DNA of 64,000 nucleotides. It comes from Lingula anatina. Taxonomy: Eukaryota > Animalia > Brachiopoda. Position numbers and translations under genes: made by a program. The notes under the pieces were generated by a model. That model did not search any database. It was not told where the DNA came from and saw nothing but the letters and a program-made list of their open reading frames with translations. The stretch lies in NCBI GenBank assembly GCA_051362555.1, contig CM120640.1, positions 37,095,967-37,159,966 on the forward strand. Reading direction: 5' to 3'. Shown in pieces: positions 51,958 to 64,000 of this stretch. Position 1 is the stretch's first letter. Every line of letters begins with the position of its first letter.

Positions 51958-54900
51958 CCCAGAACATGAGTTAGGGTGTGTCATACTGTGTAGTTTACTA
52001 AACCCTGGATGTAAACACTTGATTGCACCCTACCTAGGCAATACCTCAGTAAAGTGGTCAGCATAGACAGGCTAGCTGGTTAATGGGGGGACCAAAAAGA
52101 TTCTAACCTGATCCAGATATGTTACTATCATTATTCACAGTGAAACTATTTACTTTTAAGAGTTAGGACTATTTTAGTTAGAACAGTCTAAGTGGCTTTT
52201 TTTAAAAAATTGACAGTGTAGAGATATAGATATAAATGCTTTTTCAGGCCTGTAACAAGAATTTCAAAGGGGGGAAAGTCTTTTCCTTTAAAAAATTAGG
52301 CAATTTTACTGTGAAACGTGTCATGTTAGAAAAAAAACTTGATCAAAGGTTCAGAGCCGATCTTCCAGCCAAAAAGGAGGGGTGGGGTGGGGAGAGGGAG
52401 GCAGTTCACCCCCCTCCCCCCCCGGCCTATGTGCCTGATGTTTGATTTTGAACAGATGGATGTTGCTTACTGTAAGAGATATATATTATGGATCCTCTTC
52501 CATCATGGCCAATGCAGTTGCTGAGAACTAAAATGAATAGGCAAAATACTTTTGATTAGAGCAGATTTTTTATCACATAAGTCACTTCATGCAAACGGCA
52601 AGTGCACTGCCTAGAGGAGTAAAAAGGGGCAGTTAGTCACAGTAGGACCAGCTGATTAAACTCACCTGAGTTCAATGTTGTTTATACGTGAGTTCATTCA
52701 TGCTTCTGCTCACATATTTTTTGTGCCCCTGTATCCCTGTATTGGCAAATTAAAGCTGCAATTTCCCTGTTAAGTTGATGATCAATCTTATTATTGGTAT
52801 AGTAGCTCTTGAAATGATTGCTTTCCTGATACCTATGATGTCTTGAAAGGGAGCCAGTTACAAGATAGATATATTTAGCATCTGCTTGCCTGTAGAAATA
52901 CCAAAGTAATAGCTTGGCCAGTAGTTTAAAAGCCTGTCAATAAAAAAAGGACTGGTAAATTTCCTGAGTTTGCTTTCCAGTCATGAGGAAAGAAATAACA
53001 GTTTTTAGATTGAATACTCTCTGTCTGTTCTTGCTATTATAATTACATAACAAAGAGAGCAACAATCATGTTGTTGAAACCTCTAAATTTCATCTCCGGT
53101 TTTCTCTGCCACCCCCCCCCCCCCCCATAAATACCATCACTTCATTGTCCAATAAAAAGCCTTACAGATGAAATCTCATAAATTCCAGAACTCTTTTCAT
53201 CAGACTGTTCTCTGATTGGCAGTTTGGTAATGGGGGAAGTGTGCCAGGCACGGGCCAGCTGTCATGATACCTCAGCAGTGGCAATGGCCTGATGGGGAAC
53301 ATTATCGGCACATGTCTGTTGCCCAATCCAATTATTGCTGCTCCATTTGGCCAGTTAGGGCTGATTTAATTTGTGTACACCGTTACACGCAATAATGACT
53401 GAAACTGGCAGCATGCCAGATACATGTTAATGTTAATCCCCTTAACTAAAGCAGCACCCCACACATTTTATGTGCAACTGTCAGTGTTAGCTAGTTTGTC
53501 AGATTCAGTATTGATTCTTTGTTTTGCTGACTCTGTCTGGACAAAGCAATGACACAATCAGATTGGCCAGTTGACCGATTGCCTGTCATGACCACAGGAA
53601 GCAGTTGAATCATAATGGCATATGTGCCAAGGACAACAAACTGGAAAACTCATATTTTAGACATAGACTTTTCATAAGGCCTACATTTTTCTTCACAAAA
53701 CATCCATTTTCAGTGTTGCATGTAAAAATTCACTAAGTCGTGGTGCACCTGTCTGACAATTGCAGGATTGCCTTATTTACAAGCTGGAATTTGTAAGATT
53801 GCTGCATCTGTTTGTGCATCATGTTATATGGTGATTTTATTTGATGTCTTATATATAATTATAATTATATAATTATGGGTATTGTGACTGAAAGCATGTT
53901 AAAAACATTTGTTGGACTTAACTTAGATAATAAGTCAAAGGGTATGGTAGGGTAGTCTCTGCTGTTTTAGAAAAAAAGTTATAGAAAAATTAATAGAAAA
54001 ACAAATTAATACCTCCTTTAAAGTCACTTTGAGCATAATATCTGCTCCATTTTGAGAGTTGCGTATTGCAAGATGCCTCTCATTTCATAGTATTTCTTTT
54101 TCACAACACTGTGTTGGGAAAATTAATGCATTGTATGATTCATACTCGACATCGAGCTTTTACCATAATTGTTCTACCATCTGACTGCATGCCATCTGAT
54201 ATAACAGAACATTCATCACTATAGATGACTGTTTGAAGACAAACATTAATTTTACCTATGTATTCTCTATACCATTGATTCCCTGCAAAAGTTAGATACT
54301 GAATAATTGATCCATTGCACTGTTTTCAGTGTAGATAAACACATTAGGAACATCTGATATGGCCAGCTTCTATTTTAAATAAGCCAGACACACAATTGTT
54401 ACGTGGACAATCAAAATTAAAAGTTTGAGAATTTTTTATGAACTTGAAAATATTTTTCCTTTTATCACTTTATGATATATAAATATATTGAGATTCATCT
54501 GAGAAAGGTGAACATTTTAAAAGTGATTTCATGTCTCAACAAAGGAAAGCTGTATAGAGTAACAACATGCACTATTTGCAAATATAAATTCCTAATGTTC
54601 TGTGTGGTTTTGTGGCTTTGGAAGGATATGAACCTGTGAATTAAACATAAATGTCTCTCCCGGTGACCAAGGAAACCAGGCAAAGGTTTACACAAAGAAT
54701 GCTGTCCTGCTGTCTCTGGTTTATGAAAAAAATTTGAGTATGACATGACCAATTGCCACAAACTGCGCACACTTGAAGAAGTGAGGACTGAGCCTACGGT
54801 ACTGGGAAAGATTCTGTATTACGGGATGAATCACAATTCCTTCAAATAAATGTCCAAAATCTAATAACAAATGACAGTTCCACTGGATGATGGATTATGT

Positions 54901-55756
54901 TCAGATATGAAACTTCCTTTCATCAAGAATTTTTCTCTAATTGACCACAGTTGTTTGGTCTGTGAAACTTGAAAAGATTCCATCTCCTAAACTAAGTGAA
55001 GATTTCTTCAGACAATGTTTTCCAATCAATGCAGATCATTCAGGTTTCTTTAATCAACTTTTTTTACTGGGCTTCTGCGAGTTCACCATTTATCTTTGTG
55101 AATCAGGCTGTTAAATGTCTTTTATTGTCCATGTGACTTGGAAAGTGGTTTATTGATGATAAATATTTACTTTTATTAGGCAAATAACTGGATTATCCAC
55201 ACCTAATGTCAAGTATTCATCATTTTGAATGGGCTTCAGTGGGAAATTTAAACATGCTGCATTTTGTATTTGCTGTATAGGAAAATGAGTCTGTTTATTA
55301 TCTTTTCTCATTATGAACTTGCGTCTCTCACTCCTGGCTGGTAATACTATTTTATGTCCTACTCTCCAATCTACATTGCAGAGACTTTTTGGGCTTATTT
55401 TTTACATAACCAGTGGTTATAATTTACCAATACTAAGCTGCAACAATAGTGATTATTTTAGATTTTGAGTGTCAAGTGGAGTAATTCCATTTGGAACATG
55501 ACTGGAGAATTATCATATTAAATAACAGGAATGGATTGAGGCCGTCTTCTGGGTCTTCCCGATGACAGTCAGATTTTCATGTTTACATTGATGGGTATCT
55601 GATTTTTTTTCTGTCGGAAGATGGTCAAACATGGAGGATGGATCAAAAAAATAATTTGGAAGACCGTCTGAAAATATCTTTGGATCCGTCCCTGAATAAC
55701 CACTACTGCAAACAATTTGTAGAGATGTGCCTTTGGATTTGGTATTGTATTTAAGC

Positions 55757-55781
55757 CCTCCCCCTCCCCCCCCCCCCCACA

Positions 55782-55820
<39 letters not shown>

Positions 55821-56010
55821 CTGTGTGTCGTAACTGCTTAAATTTTTGGGATTTTTTAAAGGTCCACTTTCATCTCTGTATTGACAACCTTATAGCCAAG
55901 AGGAATATATTTTATATATCATTTTAGTTTCATTAATCACAAAACATAAATGGAGCATTTTACTCTCTCTCTCTCTCTCTCTCTCTCTCAAACACAAATG
56001 GAGCTTTTTA

Positions 56011-56052
<42 letters not shown>

Positions 56053-56072
56053 TACACACACACACGCACACT
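55757..56072. repeat. Poly-C, (CA)n and duplicated aaatggagc-(CT)n microsatellite cluster
   Basis: (CA)n 55785-55819; two aaatggagc..ttttac(TC)n units 55948-56028; (CA)n to about 56070. Confidence 0.9.
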
Positions 56073-56598
56073 CATCTTCTCTTTTTAATTACCTGTATCC
56101 CATGTAAAAAGCTGCAATACCTTTTGTGCATCTTGCAGCATTTTGGTCGAAAGAAAACTAGCTGTAGTGCCAAATGCTATTTTTTCGACGTTGCAAGGGT
56201 TTTGCTGTGTGCAGCCTCATTGAAATGTCTGTGAAGTGGATTTGGCATTTGCCCTTTGTAGCTTTTTACAGAAACATGTTTCTCTGTATATCAGATGAAA
56301 TGAGCTCGAAACTCAGTAATTCACAGTTTGATACAGATTTTTTTATCAAAAGTTCTGTCAAATTATGTGATGATTAATGCAATTATAGTCAGCACGCTGT
56401 AAGTCATAAGAGAGAAAATTTAGTGTGTTTATACATGTAGCCACAACAATTTCAGACTTGCTATTATTTGTAAATCAAACCATTTGAACTTATTTGCATT
56501 ATATTTTGATTTTATATGCATGTGAACAGACTTTTTTGTGACAGAGTACCTAATTAATATCCTGTGGTTCTTGGTTCTGTTTATAATCATTGCTTCTT

Positions 56599-56600
<2 letters not shown>

Positions 56601-56644
<44 letters not shown>
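56601..56644. repeat. Poly-T tract
   Basis: About 44 consecutive T. Confidence 0.9.
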
Positions 56645-56646
<2 letters not shown>

Positions 56647-58861
56647 ATAATTGGATTTTTTGGTTTTAATACATTTACTGATTATGTTAGCAAACTTGGC
56701 AGAGTCAAAATCTGAAATTTTTTAATGAAGGAGCATATATCAAAGACACAAACCCAAATTATTATAATTAGTAGTAGTATTAAAATAGTGGTATACCATA
56801 TACACTATTGGCTATAACGTTAAGTTCGTGGTGAAAGAGCATACCTTATTTATGGTAATGTCTCATGTCTAGCTGCCCTATTTTCTAAATTAAGAGTGCA
56901 TCAGCTTGAACAACTTGTATAATACTTGGCCCCTAGCTGGTTGTCAATCATTTGTAAAACTAATTTAATCTTGCTGGATTTTTAGAAACCCTATGGAACA
57001 AACATTCTCTTTAGTTGCACCCTTGATGTCATATTTTAATACCTGACTGTGAATCAAAAGGATATTCGTGTAAATGAAAATGGGTTTGAGAAAGTTATCA
57101 AGTACAATAATGGTTGGTTATATGTACAGAAAAAAAAGGAATAAAAAAGAAACTGAACATGAATGTTTAATGACAGTGATCAGATCTGAAGTGGAAATGG
57201 TAGACCAGTCAAGCATTTACACAAGGGAAAATGAGAAAAAAAGGCATTTAGAAATGTGGAACCTACAGGAAATGAGAAAATCCACATTAAATGGAAGATG
57301 AATGTCCAGTGGGATCAGAGGAGAGATTCAGTTTGCATTTCTACATCCATTTCATTAGACATTGCATGATGGTACCAGGATATAGGAGACACGGGGATAT
57401 GAATATTTAATTCATGAATACGCCATAATTGTCCAATTTCATGTTATGTTTAAACTGAAACTGCAGCTATCTATACAGTGGTGTTAATTGAAAAAAAAAG
57501 ACTACTTTGGAAAGTATAATTGAATTTATCTGTTTTTATGTAACATTTTGAATCTCGATTCCCTAGATTAACTACCTAGATTTAAGACAATGTTCCTGGG
57601 CTGTTTCTGAGATTTTCTAAACCATAATGCTGCGGCAGATGGGAAGTGTCTCAGATATCTGTTCTGCTTAATTCCTGATGTTCATTTCATTGGCTTTGTC
57701 TCCAAGCCTGTGCCAGATGTGAAATGGTTTGACTTTCACATATTTAGGTTCACCTCACTTCATCAATGTCTAAGGACAGTTTTTCTATCGTGGCTGATGT
57801 GTCCAATCAAGAAAAACCAATAGCAATTATTTGGTCAGTCATTAATGGGTATTGATCTGTGAAGTTTTTTATATTCAGGCACATTGTTTCCATTCTGATC
57901 AGCTTTGTCTATAATTCATGACTTTTCAGTATTTGAATGTAGTTTATGAACATTCTGAGTGACCAAGATCTTTAGGCACAGCATCAAATAAATTGACCCC
58001 TATTATGTATATATATGTGTTTACTCTTGATGTTATCATTCTGAAAAGGCCATGGTGCTTAAAGAAAAACTACTGATTTTTTTTTTCATTTGAAGATTAT
58101 TTCATCAATTTTTGGTTATGTGACCTAATAACTCTGAATTTTTTTCTTTTTAATGTCTGTATATTTGTCAGTCTTGCTGTCTGATTTTCAAACTTGATTT
58201 GTTGTATTAACACAGTTTGTATGTGCATTGTTTGAAACAGACTATATGTTTGATTATACCCAACATATCTTTAACCAAAAAAGCACAAAGAAATATTCAA
58301 AGATAAGATAATTGAAAATGATAATGGTAAAAAAATCAAGGACAGAATCTTCAAAGAATACAATCGAGATTCATATTTATTGAGATTTTGACATTGAATA
58401 AAGTGGACTATCAAAATGGAGAGAAGTTGACTGGCACTTTATTCTACTTGTAGTTCAAGACAAGGTTTATTAACCTAACACTCACACAATATATTAAATT
58501 CCATGAAATATCCTGCAGTTTACACTGTTCTTGCACTCTGAAGATGAACACAAATGTCAAAGCTTATACTTTGAGAGGATGGGCCCTTTTTCAAGGACAG
58601 GTATTAAAGGAAATCAATACAAGATGTATGCAAATGTGTATTTTCATTGCCTTTATAACCTCTTATCTACCATGAAACACTATTTCAAGTGGTTTAATTA
58701 ATTTTTGTCACTTGATAGTACAGCGCACAGTCACATTAATTCCAGTTTCATAGACTTAGTTTTATATTCCATGATTTTGTTATTCTTGGTTTTAGTCTTG
58801 CATGTGCATGCTTGCATAGGTGCTCCCATGTGCATGTGTGCATATGCACGTGCTCGCACGT

Positions 58862-58871
58862 ACACACACAC

Positions 58872-58923
<52 letters not shown>
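58862..58923. repeat. (CA)n microsatellite
   Basis: Directly visible. Confidence 0.92.
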
Positions 58924-58925
<2 letters not shown>

Positions 58926-59671
58926 TGAACCATTTTGCCAAGAGATATAAATACACAACAGAATTCCATCCAGTCATGAATGGGCAGATTTATGCTTTCT
59001 TCTTTATCAAGTGATTAACTGATGGTGCTTTAGAGATAGTTAGCGAGATTTTAACCTACCATCTTTATTTGCCATTTCAGTTGTCAATATTATCTCTTAC
59101 CTCAATTTATTTGCGCCCTTTCTCCTTGTCTACTGAAGTGTGATATTCCTGCCTATGCCTCATCTCCGTCTTACTACAGATATTTTTGGATAGATATTGT
59201 CCTTGGATAGATATTGTCCTCAAATCAAATGAAGATTTATCTCAATAAAAGGAATCACGCACTGAGTAATCTTGTGTATGGTTTTGTCAGGCTGGAAGAA
59301 AAACCTTTCATAAATAGATTGAGTTATGATCATCCAGTCAGTGCAGTTTTGCTGGTTCTTAATGTTCATAAAATTATGGCTGAGAATTTCCAATAAGGCT
59401 GTCGTAGCGTCCAGTCTTGTTCTTATATGCAATCTGTGAAGACGTAGGAGTTACAGGCAATTGAACCATTCACCTGCGTATTTACAGCCATGTGACGGCG
59501 ACCCAAGTAGCTGGTCGATGGTTTTCAGATTTCCGCATAAATAATTCAGTGTTTTCAGGGTCCCACTGCTCTGGTACATTAAACAAGTGATTCAGATAAT
59601 TGTCATACTTTATATACAGTGGTAGGGCCTGGGTATATGTATATTGGTCTTAGAAAAAATATCTTTGATAT

Positions 59672-59673
<2 letters not shown>

Positions 59674-59735
<62 letters not shown>
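59674..59735. repeat. (AT)n microsatellite
   Basis: Directly visible. Confidence 0.92.
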
Positions 59736-59740
<5 letters not shown>

Positions 59741-62700
59741 TCTACAACAGTTACATCTGCGTTACCATGACATTAACAGAGGTAATTAGTAATGTCACAA
59801 ATGTTTAGGCCAAAGGAAATGGTGATGGTTTTCTAGACTATACCTTTTTATAAGTAGTGGAAATGATACCTCATCTGGAATCAAAATGTGTCCTATCAAA
59901 TTGTGGCAACATGCACGAAGTATATAATTAATAGCTTTTTCAGTTTACGTATTCTTCCTCCTCCTCTGATGGCTGGACCAAGACTGGCATTCAGAATTGC
60001 TTTAAAACAGGCACAGAATATTTGCACCACTGTAAAGTTGGTAGAATTGTTCTTTCAATAAATGAAAATATTGATGTTTTTTTGATGTCCTTCTGAGCAG
60101 TGTAATAGGTTAAAGATGATAAAATGTGTTGACAGGGCTTTACACCTTGAAAAAGGACGGAAAACAAACCATTGTCACATTTCGAGGCACCATATCACAA
60201 ACAGTTCAATAATTGTTATTCCTACTCCCTATCATTGTTGTCCTAATCTATAGATATCCTCAAGGATAACACCTTAGAGGGTTTTGATAAACTATAGATA
60301 AACAAGTATATTTGAGGAAGGGTAACAGTGTGACAATAAAACCCACCAGTCATAGGGAAAAATGTAATTAATCGATGTGATCAATTGGTTATTGATTGCT
60401 GGATCATTTGATATGTGTTGACTATTGTGCAGAATAATATTTACTCTGACTATTGAGGCAATAGCATTTTCTTGTGAACTTGTTGCAATATCTGTAACTA
60501 TAAGGCAAAAGATAACATATTGTTATGAATGCATCCCTAATTAATGTGGCACCAAGTGCTAAATACAATGTCGACGTGTCAACCAATATGGCACACAAGG
60601 GTAGACGTGTAAAGATGATGTAATGATAAAGACATTCCGCTAGCATAATTACTCTCAGTCATATACTGTAAGAAAAAGGGTCACTTAGGAAAACTTGGAT
60701 CAGAAGTCCACTGTAAAACTATTTTCTTTATAATAAGAGCCTGCAATATTCAATTCTATGCCTAGAATGCAGTTGGTTTTTCTCCAGTTAAGTATTTGTA
60801 AGATTTTTGTCCTTACCACTGCCTGGTACATGCTTATTAATTGATTTCACATTCAGAAAGTGCAAGATAGTTATTCCTATGTATATTGGCTAATTTTAGA
60901 ATACATCTCTACACCTTGTGATTCATACATGTATTGAACATGACAGACTTTGTTTACATTATTTGATATAAAGATAAACAGTGATATGTTATAAGGTTAA
61001 AACAATACATCTTTGTCTGCTCACTATCTCTTATGTACATGTAGATTAAGCATCACAGTATATCTACAGAGAGTTGCTTTTACAATGATTCAATTACTTT
61101 ACACAGTACACACACATGCACCCGCATGTGCACACCCACCCACACCCACACACATACACACTAATATCATAATTCTGAAGTACTGGTATTTACAAAAAGT
61201 ATGTGCCATTTATGAATTATAGAAATTCTGGATGAATGATACTGAAGTATTAACTGGTATAAATTGCTGCTTCTGACATCTTAAGAATGTTTATCCTTTC
61301 TGTCTTTTAAAGCAAAAAAACTGAAGTTAAGTTCTTTATGAGTTTTGATACAGTTTTTAAGGCTTTGGCTACGTACAGACAGGAAGCTGTAATAGATGGC
61401 AATAGGATATTACTATTGACTTAAAATATTGCTATCATATGACTAGTTTTGCTTTGTCCTGGATGCTTTAATATGCTAAATTGCAGCAGCAGCATTTGAA
61501 TATGTGATGCATTTATATAATTAGTCTGATTGATTGTCTTGTGAAAGGCATGGAACGAATAGGTACAAATAAATGCTATTTTTCTCTCTGATGACTTGAT
61601 ATCTCACATGACCTACCAGATGATAACCTATTGCGGAAGTACATTAATATAATGGGCCACCACACTAATTCTATGCACCAAATAAAATTTTTGAGATTAA
61701 AATGATGTTCGCAAATACAACAGAAATATTTTATGATGGTAATATCCAGCCTTTAAAGCACAAAAGCTTAACCCCCGTTTTAAATTAACCTGCTGTGATC
61801 CAAACTAAGGAACAGAAGGTGCAGAATGTAGTGCCATTGATGACAGTTTTCAAGTGCAATTTGATTGAATTATAGCTAATAAAGATTTCAGTTAAGCTTC
61901 ATATTCTCTTGTAAGAAACCCTAAGAGCTTTGACTTAAACCTACCAGTCCATCTGTCCATGTAGTAAGTGCGGTACTTCCAACCAAGTAATGGCGATGGT
62001 GGTAACTACATATAGCAGTCACATTGATAGAAGAAATGATTTCCATAAAACATTGTCAGTTCTCCAGTTAATGTAATCAGACCAGAGGCAGTATTCAAAA
62101 TAAGTGGTAGTGATAGAGAAGTTTACCACAGCAAAAGTGGCTTATTTTCAAATCAAATCGTATTTCCTCTACTTGATCCAACTGTTGTGCTGTATTGTTT
62201 AGTTTTTATGGAGTTACCTTTGCCTCTTTATCAAGCAGAAATTTAGCTTATCGGTAAGCTTAATGGTGTTTAGTGGAAACAATGGGTGTTTGGTTATCTA
62301 GAGATATATGAAAGTTCAATGCTGTTTTGATTCAAACCTATTTAACTCTAACTTCAATAGGTGGATTGTTAAATAAAATGGAATGCCTTGGTCACAAAGG
62401 TTGTTAAGATTTTCCTTAAATTCACTTAGCTATATGCTTAGTGTATAGACTTCCAAATTAAAAGATTATATCTTATGTTCTTCCCTACTTTACTAAGTAA
62501 AGAAAATTGTTGTTATCATATACTTGACAGTGACTTCATACTCTGTCACCTGTGGCTATAAAACCAACAAGTATTTAATCCCCCCCTCCCCCAATCATTA
62601 ATCTAATATATTGTTAGATAATTTTATGGAAAAAAATTAATGTAATATATTGTTAGATCATTTTGTGTCAAACCAACATATACTGTGTATCTATCTGCTC

Positions 62701-64000
62701 CTTAAGTTATCTCTTTTTTTGTTTTCTTCTTGGATTACACTTACTTGTCACATTGCCTAGATAAGTTTTACTTGTGGTGCATTGTTATATATTTGCTTCT
62801 ATTCTCAGTCTTCCAAAGGTAAAGATATATTAAAGTTTTTTTCTTTCTTTTGTGTTTTTTTTTCATGTTGCATATTTACCTGCTGTGGACAACTCTACTT
62901 ATATACTTTGACAATTCAATTAAAAGGTGAGTAAGAATTTGAAATTTAAATTGTCATAAAAATATAATGTTGTATAATACCTTCAGAATTGAGCTGTAGG
63001 TATTTACTTTAAAAATTATGTAAATGTATTCTGGTAATCTACAGCTGGTGCTATCCACTGTTAGTCATTTCCCCATCTACATTAATTTTATCATAGCCGT
63101 ACCATATGGGCACACCTAAATATAAACAGGATTCTCTTTGTCCTCTATTTGTTAATCATTCTTGGACTTCAAAGACAAAAATCACTACTAAAATAGAATA
63201 CTGTTGTAACATATGCATTCCCATTGTTGGAATGACAATACACCATATCATATAAATGATGAAAATTATTGATTATTTGATATCATCAAAGTGCAGGAAA
63301 GACGTTACTTTGGTATTTACAGTAGATACCAGTTGTGAAAATTCTTAGTCAAGAATCTGATTTAATGACCTTTGATATTTGATATCTAGTTGAATTCTTT
63401 ATTTGCTATCTACTACCATACCAATAAATAAAAGCATTATATTGTATTTGATTCTACAGCACCTTATTTAAAGATTGAAAAAATAGCTCTACAAGAGATG
63501 ATATGGCTGTTTTCCACCACCTTTATTTTACAAAACTATTACAAAACATATCACATATCATCAATTTATCATCAACTTATAATGCTGTTTTACAGTTTCC
63601 ATAAGCATTGTGTTCATACAATTGTTCTATGCATCATATTAATTTATACTTCATATACTTAAAATTGCATTTAAGTTTTTTATTGTTTGTTTTTGTTTTT
63701 TCAACATCCTACTTCCATTATTCCTGGTAATAAAGGGAAACACAAGGATGATCATGCCATTTCTGTTATATGTGATTATTTAATTTTTGTAATATTGAAT
63801 TGCGAGGTCTCTCTTACATGTGTACTGTTGTAATAGCATTAATTTACATTAAACAATAATAATATAAATAAACTGAATAAAAGTGAAAGACAATTGAATA
63901 AACAAAATGTAAGGTAAGTACAGTGGCAGTTATGGATATATACATGTACACAAAGAAGAAAACGTTCTCTCTGTTGAAATATTTGTTTAAATTTAAGAAT

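Noticed and set aside
55513-59014. ORFs with HTHT/CVCV/LSLS runs
   Set aside because: Translations of (CA)n and (CT)n microsatellites
1-64000. CRISPR arrays, rRNA, tRNA or prokaryotic systems
   Set aside because: No repeat-spacer array or recognisable structural RNA was seen, and the sequence is spliceosomal eukaryotic DNA

Overview
AT-rich, CpG-poor, intron-rich animal genomic DNA; an invertebrate, possibly a lophotrochozoan, is inferred and not proven. The + strand carries 20 internal exons (35-17854, about 1050 codons) of ASCC3, the Ski2-like tandem helicase, including one GC-AG intron. Two ASCC3 introns host nested genes. A 5.7-kb intron (10848-16505) holds a same-strand, single-exon GT92/DUF23 glycosyltransferase. 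A much larger intron, starting at 17855 and apparently running past the window end, holds three tandem antisense paralogs of a type-I membrane receptor family that I do not recognise. Their architecture is signal peptide, divergent SUEL/Gal-lectin-like domain, CUB, Ser/Thr/Pro mucin stalk, TM, cytoplasmic tail. The paralogs share exon phases but differ about 10-fold in stalk length and carry unrelated signalling tails. Also present: a young 5'-truncated RTE-like LINE with a target-site duplication, a decayed pogo/Tigger transposase fragment, a near-perfect intronic hairpin, small tandem duplications and microsatellites. 50-64 kb has no supportable coding feature. All exon coordinates were read by eye from GT/GC-AG sites and reading-frame continuity.
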